From: an uncultured Candidatus Saccharibacteria bacterium
GTDB lineage: Bacteria > Patescibacteriota > Minisyncoccia > Phycocordibacterales > CAIZLB01
Direction: 5' to 3'
Length of the DNA stretch: 64,000 nt
NCBI GenBank assembly: GCA_964620475.1
Contig: CAZUJN010000001.1
Span: forward strand, 4,651 to 68,650
Shown here: piece after piece, positions 1-11,700 of the stretch
Position numbering within the stretch: the first letter of the stretch is position 1
How the letters are laid out: every line of letters starts with the position of its first letter
Translations under genes and position numbers: made by a program
Notes under the pieces: generated by a model
Told to the model about the DNA's origin: nothing
Database searches by the model: none
The model's input: the letters and a program-made list of their open reading frames with translations, nothing else

Positions 1-89
1 GGCTTTGTGATCTTCTTTTTCACAACTTTCTTTACAGGTTTTTTAATAGTCTTTTTGATAGTCTTTTTTACGGGTTTTTTCTTGGCCAT
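1..89 (-). CDS. 5' fragment of a Lys-rich protein (runs off the window)
   Basis: ATG at 89; reads MAKKKPVKKTIKKTIKKPVKKVVKKKITK, open to the window edge. Confidence 0.6.
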   Translation of the reverse strand, partial: MAKKKPVKKTIKKTIKKPVKKVVKKKITK

Positions 90-121
90 AGTATAAATAT
101 AACATTTTTAAACAGAAAAAT

Positions 122-150
122 AAAAAACCCTATAATTAATAGGGTTTTTT
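122..150 (-). terminator. Intrinsic terminator after rplL
   Basis: AAAAAACCCTA-taattaa-TAGGGTTTTTT inverted repeat. Confidence 0.75.
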
Positions 151-166
151 ATTGATGTTTGGAGTA

Positions 167-589
167 TTATTTTAATTCTACTGTACCACCTGCTTCTTCG
201 ATTTGTTTTTTCAAAGCCTCAGCATCTTCTTTTTTCATACCTGCTTTAACTGGTGCTGGTGCGCCATCAACCATATCTTTAGCTTCTTTTAGTCCAAGAC
301 CAAGAACCTCTTTGATAACTTTGATAACTGCTATTTTGTTAGCACCACCGTCTTTTAGAACAACATCAAATGATGTTTTTTCTTCGGCTCCGGCACCACC
401 TGCTGCTGGTGCAGCAACTGCTACTGCAGATGCTGATACACCAAATTTCTTTTCTAAGAATTTTACTAATTCATGTAGTTCTAGAACTGACATTTTCTCT
501 ATAGCATCAACAACTGTTTTGAATTGAGCTGGAGTTTCTATAACTTCCTCAACTGTTGTATCTACTGTGTTTGTTGTTTCTTCGTTCAT
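167..589 (-). CDS. rplL: 50S ribosomal protein L7/L12
   Basis: [33 protein letters not shown] and AGGTVELK motifs; follows rplJ. Confidence 0.97.
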   Translation of the reverse strand: MNEETTNTVDTTVEEVIETPAQFKTVVDAIEKMSVLELHELVKFLEKKFGVSASAVAVAAPAAGGAGAEEKTSFDVVLKDGGANKIAVIKVIKEVLGLGLKEAKDMVDGAPAPVKAGMKKEDAEALKKQIEEAGGTVELK

Positions 590-632
590 AATTTTATTTT
601 TAAATTATTATTAATTAATGAGTTGAATGTAT

Positions 633-1121
633 TTAATTCTTCTTATCTGCAATTGCATTAAGAGCCAATACAAAGCGTTGTATAGGTGAATTGATAAGTT
701 GAACAAATTGAGCTTGTAATGTCTTGAAATCTGGGATAGAAGCGATTGACATCATTTCTTCTTTTGATTTGTATTCATTATCAAATATACCACCGATGAT
801 TGAAAGTTTATTTTTGAATTTCTTTGTAAAATCCAAAACTTCACGTGCTGGTGCTAATAAATCTGTTCCATATACAACAGCTACCTCACCATCAAGTGAT
901 GGTAATTCGCCATTTATACCTAGATCAGACAATGCTCTTTTGATCAATGTTTTCTTAGCAACTCTATAGCCTACGCCAAGTTTTCTAAGTGTGTTTCTAA
1001 CCTCACTTGTTTCAGTAACATTTAATCCATGAAAATTCACGAATACCAATGTTTTTGAATCCTTAGCTATATTTGCTATATCGCCTACAACTTCAACTTT
1101 TTTATTTTTTGAAATTGCCAT
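633..1121 (-). CDS. rplJ: 50S ribosomal protein L10
   Basis: GLNV..LR, VAKKTLIKRAL motifs; upstream of rplL. Confidence 0.95.
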   Translation of the reverse strand: MAISKNKKVEVVGDIANIAKDSKTLVFVNFHGLNVTETSEVRNTLRKLGVGYRVAKKTLIKRALSDLGINGELPSLDGEVAVVYGTDLLAPAREVLDFTKKFKNKLSIIGGIFDNEYKSKEEMMSIASIPDFKTLQAQFVQLINSPIQRFVLALNAIADKKN

Positions 1122-1149
1122 ATATTGATTTATGTTAAGTTTCTTTTAA

Positions 1150-1220
1150 TTAGGCCAAGCATCTGCATAGGGTTTATGGCTTCAACTCTCGTTTAGCGCC
1201 ACCTATGGTATCCGAGACCG
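1150..1220 (-). promoter_or_regulatory. L10 leader (autoregulatory RNA of rplJL)
   Basis: Minus strand GATACCATAGGTG...CCCTATGCAGATG resembles the AGAC-stem-AGG...CCU-stem-CAGA kink-turn pattern; lies upstream of rplJ. Confidence 0.7.
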
Positions 1221-1241
1221 TGACATTACATTAACATTAAT

Positions 1242-3536
1242 CTAAGATTTTAGCAATAAGGTATAAAGATATAAATACTCCCCTCTTATGTATGTATATT
1301 TTCTTTTTATCAACTCATTTTCTATAACGCTCTTTAAATAAGATTTGATTTTATTTAAATTTTCATTATTTTCTATTTTTCTAATATATCTATCTTTTAT
1401 AGGCCTACTTATACTTGATAATTTAATCTCAGTAATGATGTCTTTTTTGGTTGTTGTAGAATTTATATCATAGAATTTTACAGTCTTACCGGATTCTAAA
1501 AAAGTTAAATCTAGAGTCTTATCATTATTTAATGTAATAGACTCTGAAATATTTTTATATACCGGTATATTTTCATATTTATGAGACATACTTGGATTTG
1601 AATTATTTTCTATAAACTCAACATCTATCAATTCATCTTTATTTGAATCTAATTTAAGACTATTAATATTTTTAGAAAATAAATATATCTGATTATCTAA
1701 GACTTCAAACCTAGAATTATTATCTGTCGATGTTTTTATGAAATCACTATTATCAATTGATAAAAAATCATTATCAGTCTTAATGGAAATATTTAAATTT
1801 ATAGAATCATATATTATCTTTATAAGATTGCTATGTACAGCATTAATAATACTATTGTAATTAAGTCCATTAAATATTCTAATGTCTCTTTGTTTTAATA
1901 TGTTATTAATATTTGATATTACATCTGGACTATTCATCATATTGGCGTGCAGATAATCTGTATTATTTAAATCTATATATGTAGTTGTTCCAAACCTAAA
2001 ACCTTTCATGTCCTGAACCGTTCCATCACCTTCTTTATTATACAGAGGTATATATTTATCATCTTGTTTTTTAATATCATATACAGTATCAACCCCATAG
2101 CCAACTATTTGATAAATAGATAAGTTTTCTGGATATATAAGATTGTCTATCTTTTCATGAAAATCTCTAGCCTTATTAAGTAAATAAGTATTTAACTCCG
2201 GATAAAACCAAGAATTTATTTTTTTATAGGATAAATATTTATCTGATGGTAATAATATATACGCTGTATACATATTAACACCCAACTTTTTTGCTATTTC
2301 AGATTTTAAAATAAGACCAGAAAGAATAGATTGACTATGTCCATACATCAATGATGTTATAGCTTGCGGTGTTCCATACTCAGGCATTGCAACAAAAATG
2401 ATGTTATCTATCATATATGATAGATTTTGTCTTTTTAACTCTGTAATAATATGTTTTGCTATTAAACCTCCGTTACTATGTGTGATTATAGTCACCTTTC
2501 CCGTTTTAGATGTTTTCGATAAAGATATTATCTGATCCACGAGATTTAACTCATCGGTTAATCTCCAATCATAAGGTATAATTTTATAGTCATTTATATA
2601 ATGATTAGTCTTTAATCTGTTTAAATAATCAATAAATTCTTTATGAAGACTTTTATCTATATATGGTATAGATAAAAAAATATTGGTTATATCTATAATA
2701 TCTTTGGTGTAAATATTATATAAACTATTTCCAAAATTATCTAAAAATAATTTTTTAACATCGGCATTTCTATTTGGTTCCCAAAGTTGATTATTATCTA
2801 AATAAAGCCTACTAGACATAATACCTGGTATAAACATGATATTCGAACAACAACTTTTATCTAATATGTTTGAGCTTGAAGAAAATGAATTTATTTTAAA
2901 ATTACCAGAGATTTTATTTATACCTTGGAAATAATTATTCTCAGCATTTGTCTTCATTGAATTTGAATTTATTGCAACTTCATTATATTCAAAATCATTG
3001 TAATTTATCTCTGCAAGTTTGGATGAATTAATATTTACAGCAGTATCATTATTTTTAAAAAAATTATTCTTTAAATAAATGTTTCGGGTACCAAAAAAAT
3101 ATAAAGCATCTTTGTAACCCTCTATTTGAGATGAGGACATAAAAAAATTTGTACCAGAATTTACAAAGAAAAACATATTCGAATTGTTATCTACACTTTT
3201 CAGATTTTCTATATCGACATCACTCATAGATGTAGATATATAATGATCAAGATCAAATTCTGCATGACGAATAGTCAAGGTTGATCTTTCTATATTTATC
3301 ATCTTATTCTGAACTCTATTATATGTACCATGTAACACCGAATTGTTTATTTTTAAACTTCCATTATAAATATTTAAACAACCATTATCAAAAACCACCT
3401 CAGTATTATTTATGGTTAAATTATCACCGTTTAGATTTATACATTCTTTAATTATTTGTTTTTGATCCCAAATAATATTTTTTGAATATACTGGTATGTG
3501 AAATATTATAAAAAATAATAATAAAAACTTTTTCAT
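1242..3536 (-). CDS. Secreted LCAT-like alpha/beta hydrolase (lipase/acyltransferase) with N-terminal beta-helix repeats
   Basis: Signal peptide; FIPGIMSSRL, PYDWR, THSNGG nucleophile elbow, GTP, GDGTV; Asn-rich N-terminal repeats. Confidence 0.75.
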   Translation of the reverse strand: MKKFLLLFFIIFHIPVYSKNIIWDQKQIIKECINLNGDNLTINNTEVVFDNGCLNIYNGSLKINNSVLHGTYNRVQNKMINIERSTLTIRHAEFDLDHYISTSMSDVDIENLKSVDNNSNMFFFVNSGTNFFMSSSQIEGYKDALYFFGTRNIYLKNNFFKNNDTAVNINSSKLAEINYNDFEYNEVAINSNSMKTNAENNYFQGINKISGNFKINSFSSSSNILDKSCCSNIMFIPGIMSSRLYLDNNQLWEPNRNADVKKLFLDNFGNSLYNIYTKDIIDITNIFLSIPYIDKSLHKEFIDYLNRLKTNHYINDYKIIPYDWRLTDELNLVDQIISLSKTSKTGKVTIITHSNGGLIAKHIITELKRQNLSYMIDNIIFVAMPEYGTPQAITSLMYGHSQSILSGLILKSEIAKKLGVNMYTAYILLPSDKYLSYKKINSWFYPELNTYLLNKARDFHEKIDNLIYPENLSIYQIVGYGVDTVYDIKKQDDKYIPLYNKEGDGTVQDMKGFRFGTTTYIDLNNTDYLHANMMNSPDVISNINNILKQRDIRIFNGLNYNSIINAVHSNLIKIIYDSINLNISIKTDNDFLSIDNSDFIKTSTDNNSRFEVLDNQIYLFSKNINSLKLDSNKDELIDVEFIENNSNPSMSHKYENIPVYKNISESITLNNDKTLDLTFLESGKTVKFYDINSTTTKKDIITEIKLSSISRPIKDRYIRKIENNENLNKIKSYLKSVIENELIKRKYTYIRGEYLYLYTLLLKS

Positions 3537-3651
3537 GAATAAATATTTTACTCATGATATGTAAAATAAATCAGAAGAAATTATAAAAAACAAAAACCCA
3601 TCATTAAGTTATAATGATTAGGGTTTTTGAGGATTGTGAAGTTAATTTATA

Positions 3652-4092
3652 CTAAAATCCACAAGTTGATCCACTTATAGCAGAAGATGTTGCCGCAGCA
3701 GCACCTGTTGAATCAACACAGAAGTTAGATTTACCGCCAATAGCATTCTTCAAAACAGCTGAAACAGCCCATGATGATGAAGCGGTAGCATAACAAGTAA
3801 CTGTAGTTTTTGATTGAGCTGATGTAATTAGAGGCTTAAGACCACCTGTACCAGAGTTATTGAATATACCCGCTGAACACGCTGTGGCTGTAGCACCATA
3901 ATCATTGTTCAATGAATAATATAACTCAGCCTGTGCTCTCATATTTGATAGGGTTGACTGTATAGCCGCATCTTCACCCTTACTTCTTGCTGAAGATAGT
4001 GAGGCTAACACTATACTTGAAAGTATACCGATGATAGCGATCACCACCAATAGCTCGATAAGTGTAAATCCTTTTTTGTAATTTTTCTTCAT
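3652..4092 (-). CDS. Type IV pilin (prepilin N-methylation motif)
   Basis: KKG|FTLIELLVVIAIIGILSSIV; C-terminal Cys pairs. Confidence 0.93.
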   Translation of the reverse strand: MKKNYKKGFTLIELLVVIAIIGILSSIVLASLSSARSKGEDAAIQSTLSNMRAQAELYYSLNNDYGATATACSAGIFNNSGTGGLKPLITSAQSKTTVTCYATASSSWAVSAVLKNAIGGKSNFCVDSTGAAAATSSAISGSTCGF

Positions 4093-4182
4093 ATTGTTGA
4101 AATTTAAATTTAAATTTTTAATTAGTTAAACAAATTAGCTAATATTGTCTTTTATTAATTTGTTAAAATAAAAGATACATAT

Positions 4183-4211
4183 ATTATACCCTATATAATT
4201 TTTTTGTGCAA
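4183..4211 (-). promoter_or_regulatory. Sigma70-type promoter of the pilin gene
   Basis: TTGCAC-17 bp-TATAAT on the minus strand. Confidence 0.6.
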
Positions 4212-4232
4212 CTTTTTGTGTGTATAAATACT

Positions 4233-4973
4233 TTAGAACTCTTTACTTCTGACAATACTCATGGCAAAGCCACCTAATTCTCTTGCTAACACTCTCATAT
4301 ATGTACCGCTTTTACATTTAACCTTCAGATTCAAAATCAAAAAATTATCTTCATGAAGATTAAAAAAATTACTCCACGAATTTTTTATCTCATCTAATCT
4401 AAAATCACCATCCATCTCACAAGAATTTAATTTATCAAAAATTTTCTCTTTTATATTTTTATTTTCAATACTCAATAGCTCTATATCATATATATAACCG
4501 TTCTGTTTTTTATTCTCAAAATTATCACCCTCTAAAACTTTTTTAATATTAGGAGATGAATATTTTGGATAATCATATTCAAAAGGACCGACAAATTTAT
4601 CTAGAACACTTTTATCAAAAGTATCGACTTTTTTATAATCCTCTATTAAACCTAAAACATCATCTGTGTCTGTATTTACACCTAATACAAACTCTACCTG
4701 ATATTCTTTATCTAGATTCATTAAAACCTCTTTCTCTTTCATATCACCACTCCATAATAGATGTATATACCCTTCTGCCATAGGATCAAGCCTACCTGCA
4801 AATGTTATCTTGCTGGCAGATTCATTATCTAAGTATTGTTTAATTTCTTTCAAAACCTGAAGTGGGGTGAATCCAAGTCTCTTATATATCAAAATACAGG
4901 TTTCTGTAATAAACCTGTATTCTGTGTAAGTATGACCCGTCTCGGGTATATGATTATTTTGAAGCTTCTTCAA
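4233..4973 (-). CDS. truB: tRNA pseudouridine synthase B-like
   Basis: AGRLDPMAEG, KEY, TDTDD, P.YS and SGTYMR motifs; short form without a PUA domain. Confidence 0.85.
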   Translation of the reverse strand: MKKLQNNHIPETGHTYTEYRFITETCILIYKRLGFTPLQVLKEIKQYLDNESASKITFAGRLDPMAEGYIHLLWSGDMKEKEVLMNLDKEYQVEFVLGVNTDTDDVLGLIEDYKKVDTFDKSVLDKFVGPFEYDYPKYSSPNIKKVLEGDNFENKKQNGYIYDIELLSIENKNIKEKIFDKLNSCEMDGDFRLDEIKNSWSNFFNLHEDNFLILNLKVKCKSGTYMRVLARELGGFAMSIVRSKEF

Positions 4974-5400
4974 TCTCTTTTACAGCCTCCATATCTATAT
5001 CTTCTGGAGTATTATCTAATAAATCATTATCTGGAGCAGCTTTGTCAGGTCTAACCATTTGCATTTTTAGACGTTTGTTAATCTCTTTAACAGCTTTGTC
5101 TCTTATATAATATAGTTTTGCTCTTCTAACTTTTGATCTCTTTACAAGCTCTATCTTGTCTACAAGTGGTGAGTATAGTGGAAATATTCTTTCTACACCG
5201 TAACCATTTGCTGATTTTCTAACTGTTAAAGTAGCACCTGCCTCTGTTCCGTGTTTACGTGCAAGTATCATACCTTCAAAAACCTGTAATCTTGTCTTTC
5301 CTTTTTCTTGAATCTTTTGATGAACTCTTACAGTATCACCTGTTCTTAGATCAAGGTTTTTTCTTGAATTTTTGTCTACTGTCGATAATGTTATAGCCAT
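4954..5400 (-). CDS. rplS: 50S ribosomal protein L19
   Basis: GDTVRV, RLQVFEG, GVERIFP, KVRRAKLYYIR. Confidence 0.97.
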   Translation of the reverse strand: MAITLSTVDKNSRKNLDLRTGDTVRVHQKIQEKGKTRLQVFEGMILARKHGTEAGATLTVRKSANGYGVERIFPLYSPLVDKIELVKRSKVRRAKLYYIRDKAVKEINKRLKMQMVRPDKAAPDNDLLDNTPEDIDMEAVKEIEEASK

Positions 5401-5413
5401 AATAGACTAATTA

Positions 5414-6136
5414 TTAACATATTTGTATTATTAAATCAAGTATATCTTGCCTTATATTAGACTCAAATTCTCTAGTTTTGCCATGTATATCGGTGAATAC
5501 TATCTTAAAAGCATGTAAAGCTTGATATTTAAGGTTAAAATCAGGATTATTGGGCATATAAAGCTTATCAGCCACTATACCATGATGTATATGCTTCATA
5601 TGAACCCTGATCTGATGTGTACGGCCTGTTTTTGGAAATACACTTATATATGACAACTTCTCTTTCTGAACAGATCCTTGATTTAATACTTCATAATATG
5701 TCTCAGCCGAGCGCAATTCACCCCTTGCATGCCTACCACAAACATATTTTCTAAAATCACTTTTACTCCTGCCTATAGGGTCTTTTATATAACCTTTATC
5801 AATTTTAAAATGACCATAAACTATAGCCCTATATTCTTTTTGAACTTCATGATTTTGAAATTGTGTTTTTAAAATATCATAAAATTTTTGAGTACGCGCA
5901 ACAATCATCACTCCCGATGTATCAGCATCAAGCCTATGTATTATCCCAGACCTCTCATATCTATCATCTTGCTCCCCTATTCCTTTTATATCAGGATAAA
6001 TATTCATAATCTGTGCAGCCACAGAATCTTTGTTATTATCTTTACCATCATTATGTGTAATCAAACCAGCTGGTTTATTTATGATAATAAAATCTTTGTC
6101 TTCATGTATTATATCTATCTTTGGAGTTTTTTCCAT
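5414..6136 (-). CDS. RluA-family pseudouridine synthase
   Basis: INKPAGL, HRLDADTSG, TGRTHQIRVH, LHA motifs. Confidence 0.93.
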   Translation of the reverse strand: MEKTPKIDIIHEDKDFIIINKPAGLITHNDGKDNNKDSVAAQIMNIYPDIKGIGEQDDRYERSGIIHRLDADTSGVMIVARTQKFYDILKTQFQNHEVQKEYRAIVYGHFKIDKGYIKDPIGRSKSDFRKYVCGRHARGELRSAETYYEVLNQGSVQKEKLSYISVFPKTGRTHQIRVHMKHIHHGIVADKLYMPNNPDFNLKYQALHAFKIVFTDIHGKTREFESNIRQDILDLIIQIC

Positions 6137-6159
6137 AAATTGATATTAACATATAAAAC

Positions 6160-6183
6160 AAAAACAGGCAGTTGCCTGTTTTT
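6160..6183 (-). terminator. Terminator after the RNR gene
   Basis: AAAAACAGGCA-gt-TGCCTGTTTTT. Confidence 0.7.
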
Positions 6184-6195
6184 ATATTTTCTAAA

Positions 6196-8469
6196 CTATA
6201 TCTCACACATACCACCCGCACATGCCAACTCTTTCTTAACTTCTGTTTCATCTGATTTTTCATAAGTCATAATCTTTGAGAAATCTAGGTCACCCATTTG
6301 TTTTTTCATTTCATCATATCTTTGTTTATCAATCTCTTCATATGGAGCAAGTTTGTAAACGTGATTTGATCTTGGCAAAAATGATAGACCACCAACCAAA
6401 TCCCAGTTTTCAAATACCCAGTTAGCAACACCAATCCATTCATCCTCACCTACTGATATTGTTACTGATGGATTATGCTCTGTAAAATGTTTCTTAACTT
6501 TCTTCCAATGTTCTAATTGATCTATAGCTGTTAAATCTTTATTACAGATAGCACCGTTTGGTGATTTTACAGGGAATTCTAGAACTACTGTTGTTGCATT
6601 TTCATATGTTTGACCAACTTCTGGATAATAAGGAACCCCTTGATCTTTCAACATACGGAATAATGAGTCATTGGCTGAGATTCTAATTCTTCTTATATAA
6701 TAAGGAGCATAACGAGTATGCATGCCTGATGCACAATCCACTGTTTGCGATACTGTACCTGATGGTTTTACACAAGTAACACATGTAGATGCATTTACTC
6801 CAAACTTTTTAGCATATTTTTTATTAACCTCTATAGCATAATCTCTTAGTCTCTCTAGAACTTTTTCATCACGAGCAACTTTTGAATCCCATTGACCTGT
6901 TATTGATACACCCAAGAGTCTCTCTTGTTCACAGTTTTTCTTCCACTCTTTTGAAAGATATGGGAAATATGTAAGTGTTGATTGATATGTACCAAGTATT
7001 GCTGCAACTTTTATTTTCTTCATCAATGTCTCTTCTGTATCTTCTGCACGAGCTACAACTTCTGATAGGTTACAGAATTGTTTTGATTGTAGGATAATCT
7101 CTCCACAAGGATTTGTTCCCCATTGAGGATATATGCCGCCCTTGAATTGATCTAATCTTCTCTTTGGCAATGTTTTAGCTAAACCACCTCTATTGAATAT
7201 TCCTCTTTCACCTGACCCACTTTTTACAAGAGCAACCCATTCATCCATAAATTCTGTGACAGATGGTTTTTCATGATACACAGCTGAGTTATTGGCGAGC
7301 ATTCTTTGTGCCTCATTTATATAGAATGCACCTTTCTTAGAATCACGTATAGCTTCGTCATTTAGATCCGACAAAGATATCATGGCTGAACGTCTAACAC
7401 CTCCCGCAACAACACATTCACCTATCTTACATATAATGTCATGGGCATCTAGGTTTGTAAGATGTTTACCTTGTTTTGAAAGAATCTTTTCTCTTGTAAA
7501 TGTAAGAAGTGATATAAGTGGTTCTGGACCTGAAGCTTTACCACCCATAGTTTTTAGACGGGATCCTGCTGGACGTATAAGTGAATAATCAAAATCTATA
7601 TCACCTCCCTCAAACCAAGTCTTCATACCAAGTGACAATGCATCTGCCCAACCTTCTTTACTATCAGGCACAACATGTTTTGTTGGTTTTTTACCTGTTT
7701 GCTTTTGTATTTGAGGTAAAGCTTGTATATTTTCACTTTCTACAGCCCAACCCACACCGGTACCACACATAGATATGTACATGATCTCAGCAAAATCTTG
7801 GAAATTTTTAGGGGCTATAAATGAACAGTTATAGGCACATACATTTGTTTTCCTAGCTGCAGGACCCGCAAATTGTAGAAGTCTCATAGAAGGCATAGCT
7901 TCTTGTTTTAATATAGACTCTTTTATCTCATTATATTCAGCGTTTGTTAATTTTCCATTAACATTGTCTTTCATAAAATCAATATATCTTTCCACTGTCT
8001 CTATCCATGTCTCGCGACGACCTTCTTCTGGTATCCATTTTGCATAAGTACGATAATACACGAACTCAGCTAAAGAGTTTCTAAAGTATTGCTTTGACTC
8101 TTTAACCAACTCTTTCAACTCACGTGACACAGAACCAACAACTTGTCTAACCTTGGCTCTCTCATTTCTATACAATATGTATGATTTAGCTGTTTTAATA
8201 AAACCAGCTTTTATAAGCTCACTCTCGACAACATCTTGTATCATCTCCACTGTAGGTATAAAAACCTTTGATTTTCCAAGGTCTTTTATAGAAATAAGGG
8301 CGTCTACTACACCATGCATAACCTGCTCAGCTTCCTTATCAGCACCCTCACCTGTTTGTTGTAAAGCTCTAAAAACAGCTCTGATAATTCTTTTTTCATC
8401 AAAAGGTACAAGTGTACCGTCTCTTTTTTTGATTTGCTGCAATGATGCATATTTCTTATTTTTTGACAT
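6196..8469 (-). CDS. nrdJ: Class II (adenosylcobalamin-dependent) ribonucleotide reductase with ATP cone
   Basis: N-terminal IKKRDG ATP cone; YNC, VVAGGVRRSA, TNPCGEI, VKPSGT; C-terminal CAGGMC. Confidence 0.9.
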   Translation of the reverse strand: MSKNKKYASLQQIKKRDGTLVPFDEKRIIRAVFRALQQTGEGADKEAEQVMHGVVDALISIKDLGKSKVFIPTVEMIQDVVESELIKAGFIKTAKSYILYRNERAKVRQVVGSVSRELKELVKESKQYFRNSLAEFVYYRTYAKWIPEEGRRETWIETVERYIDFMKDNVNGKLTNAEYNEIKESILKQEAMPSMRLLQFAGPAARKTNVCAYNCSFIAPKNFQDFAEIMYISMCGTGVGWAVESENIQALPQIQKQTGKKPTKHVVPDSKEGWADALSLGMKTWFEGGDIDFDYSLIRPAGSRLKTMGGKASGPEPLISLLTFTREKILSKQGKHLTNLDAHDIICKIGECVVAGGVRRSAMISLSDLNDEAIRDSKKGAFYINEAQRMLANNSAVYHEKPSVTEFMDEWVALVKSGSGERGIFNRGGLAKTLPKRRLDQFKGGIYPQWGTNPCGEIILQSKQFCNLSEVVARAEDTEETLMKKIKVAAILGTYQSTLTYFPYLSKEWKKNCEQERLLGVSITGQWDSKVARDEKVLERLRDYAIEVNKKYAKKFGVNASTCVTCVKPSGTVSQTVDCASGMHTRYAPYYIRRIRISANDSLFRMLKDQGVPYYPEVGQTYENATTVVLEFPVKSPNGAICNKDLTAIDQLEHWKKVKKHFTEHNPSVTISVGEDEWIGVANWVFENWDLVGGLSFLPRSNHVYKLAPYEEIDKQRYDEMKKQMGDLDFSKIMTYEKSDETEVKKELACAGGMCEI

Positions 8470-8740
8470 GTTGTTTCTGTTTTGTTTATTTGTGTATTAA
8501 TTTATAATTTCTTGATAAAAATTTTATAAAATTTTTATCTATTGAGGTTTAATAAGTATACAAATTAAAAATAAGATGAGGCAATTTTTGCGATAGGCAG
8601 ACCATAATTTTAGAACTTGTAAATTTTAATTCTAAATTAGCTTTTTATTTTAATAAATTTTAAAAGTAAAGATGTAAAAAAATTTACAAAACGAAAAATC
8701 ATTTTCACAAAGCATGTATGATGAAAAAATTTTTATCTCA

Positions 8741-11700
8741 TTATGTCAACTCTAAAGCAAGCCTTGACATCTTTTCATAACCTTCAGGTGCCATATTATA
8801 AACAAAATTTTCAACCTTTATACCTCCTCTTATATTTTGTCCAGCTGAAAATATTTTATATTTTCTCTTAAAATCTTCAAAAGATATTAGTTGTCCATTA
8901 TCATAAGCCACTTCTGCAAAATCTCTAAATGCCTTTATGGCATCACCGCCATTTTGTAGTATCCAATATTCTACACCTATACCACCAAGTCCACCTTGTT
9001 GACCATTTTCTCCTAAGCCTTTTTTATAGCACCCAGCTTCTTTAAGTTTTTTCTTAGCAAATCTTATATTTGTAAGCACATCTAACAGTTTTTCTCTGCC
9101 ATAAATCCTCTCTATCGAGTTATACTTTTCATGAAGACCACTATGAGCATCGAAGGTTGCAGAGTCAGATTTTTTGACGAAACCTATATCTACCGTCATC
9201 TTATGACCATCCATCTCTAATTCTTTAGATCTAAACATTCTCATGCCCTTATTTTCATAAGAATCATTCTTTTCAAATATTGATTCGATGCCAATTATAA
9301 GATTATTCACCTTACTCCAATCCTTATCATCTAATTTAACAGCAAAATCAAAGTCAAACTTTTCATCCAAAGCCGAACCTCTTCCTGTTGATCCTGTATC
9401 GGTTATAATAGCCCCAAGTAAACTATCATCATATTCTCCTTTATGGAATAAAATATTATTTTCCTCTAGTAATGATTTTATCTTATCTATTAACTTATCT
9501 TTGACTCTGGTAATAGACTCTATATTTCCTTCAGTTTGTTTAGATTCTAATATTTTTTCATGTTTTTTCCATTCATCAGATAAAGATATAACTTCTTTTG
9601 ACTTACGTGTTCCGGCAAAAGTTTTCTTATATCTATTAAAATCATCCAAGGTGAATGTAACTTTACCTTCTGCATTACATATTGGTATATAAAAACCTTT
9701 TTGAGCTATGAAATATTTTACATTTTCAAACCCCTCACCATCTATACATATAGCATCTATATTAGTGGAGCCGAAACCTGTTCTTATTCCATAATGTTTA
9801 TTATTAATAACTCCGGTTTTAAATATATCTAATTCATCTTTTTTAAATTGTTCTTTCTGCTTTAATATCAAATACATATCACCATAACCCGTAAAACCCT
9901 CTTTCAATGCTTCACTTTCAAATATAGATAAATCAGTATCAAAAGGGGTTGAATCACTAGATTTTGCAGTTGATTTTGCATTATCGGTTTCAGCACCAAT
10001 GAACTCAGGAGAATAAACACCTTTATCCAGATAAGTATCTATAAAATTAGAAGAGATACCTTTAATCATATCACCCTGTTTTATTTTTATAACACCTTGA
10101 CTTGAATTTAATATATTTCTTTGATGAGCATTTTGCTTATATTCATCCATCTTTTGCAAAGCTTGTTCAACTGAACCTATATCAACCCTTCTTAAAAAAG
10201 CCTGTTCAAACCTAGAAATAATATCTGAGCCTTCTTTTACACCAAAGGCTTGAGATATGGATTCCAATTCTGACTTTAGAGTGTTATCGGACAAATTATC
10301 TTCTATCTCTAAACTATATCTACCTATATGGCCAGATAATACATTAATTTTCTTTATGAAAAATTTAATCTTTTGTCTTTCTTCATCCGAAACAGATTCA
10401 CCTGATTGAAAGCGTGATATAACAGACCTATTTTCAGATAAAAATTGTAAATATGAATACAGGTTTTCATCGCAACTGGCTATATGTGATCTTAATAAAT
10501 CTTTAAATATAATCAATCTTCTCTTTGAATTATCTTTAACGTTTTTCAAAGATTCAACCTTTGATCTATTCACACCAAAGTCTAATTCTTTATCACCATA
10601 CATCAATTCAAAAACTTTATACTGTTTACCCACAAGAGGTATATTGTTAGACAGAAATATTTGTTCTATACCACCCAAAACCTTCTTTGCTTCTTCGATA
10701 TTTTTATATTTAGCTAGCATTGGTATTATCTGATCAGATAAATTTTTCAATTCAGCCGACTGTGATTCAGTCATAATCTTAAATAAATCAATATATCTTT
10801 GCTGTTCAGGAGTGAATGAAAAATCTTTCGAGTTTAAAAGATCTAGAGGACAAGACTGTATTGCTGAATTAAATAGATTATTCAAATCTTCTTCATCAAA
10901 AACATCAGAATATTTATTTCTTATAAAATATATATTAATCACACACCGTAAAGGTTCTTTTACGATTATAATATTTAAGGCCGATCTCTTTTGTTGTTTA
11001 TCTAAAGTAAATTCATATTCTTCTGTGAGGATATTTGGGTAACAATTTAAAACATTATTAAACATAATATTTTCTTCATCTTTAGAAAGTACTATACCTT
11101 TTTCAGATAAAACCTTAGAAACATAATTAAAATTTATGAATGAATTATTTATTATATTATAATTATTATTCATAATACCTTTTTTGATATCACCAATATC
11201 AAAAGTTTCTAAACCCCTAGATGTATTATTTCCAAAAGCTTTATTGGACAAGGTAATCAAGTCAATATCTTTATCTGAATTAACCCAATCAGAATAATCC
11301 TTGATTTTTTGTAAATAATCTTCAGAAGAACCCATTACTCTAATATTTTCATGTATATCTAATCTATTAATAATATCAATAAACCACTTATAATCATTCC
11401 CAAAACTTTTATATACAGTTTTAGATATTGACCTTATCTCATTGAAATTTATATAGATTTTATCTTTAAAACCTTTGAATATATCTATAAATATATTGAA
11501 CTCTGTTTCGCTCAAAGTGTTCAATTCATCAAGATAATATTCGAGATTTTTGTAGCCTAAACCCTCTAAAGAGTCTATCTTATAGATTAAATCATGATTA
11601 AATTTATCGATTTTCTTCAATTCATACGAATTAGTCATTCTAATATAACCCTTTTTGACTAGATAAATTAATAAATCTATTTTATTACCATCTAATGTAT

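Noticed and set aside
8470-8740. NrdR boxes or cobalamin riboswitch upstream of nrdJ
   Set aside because: AT-rich spacer with no convincing match to either consensus.
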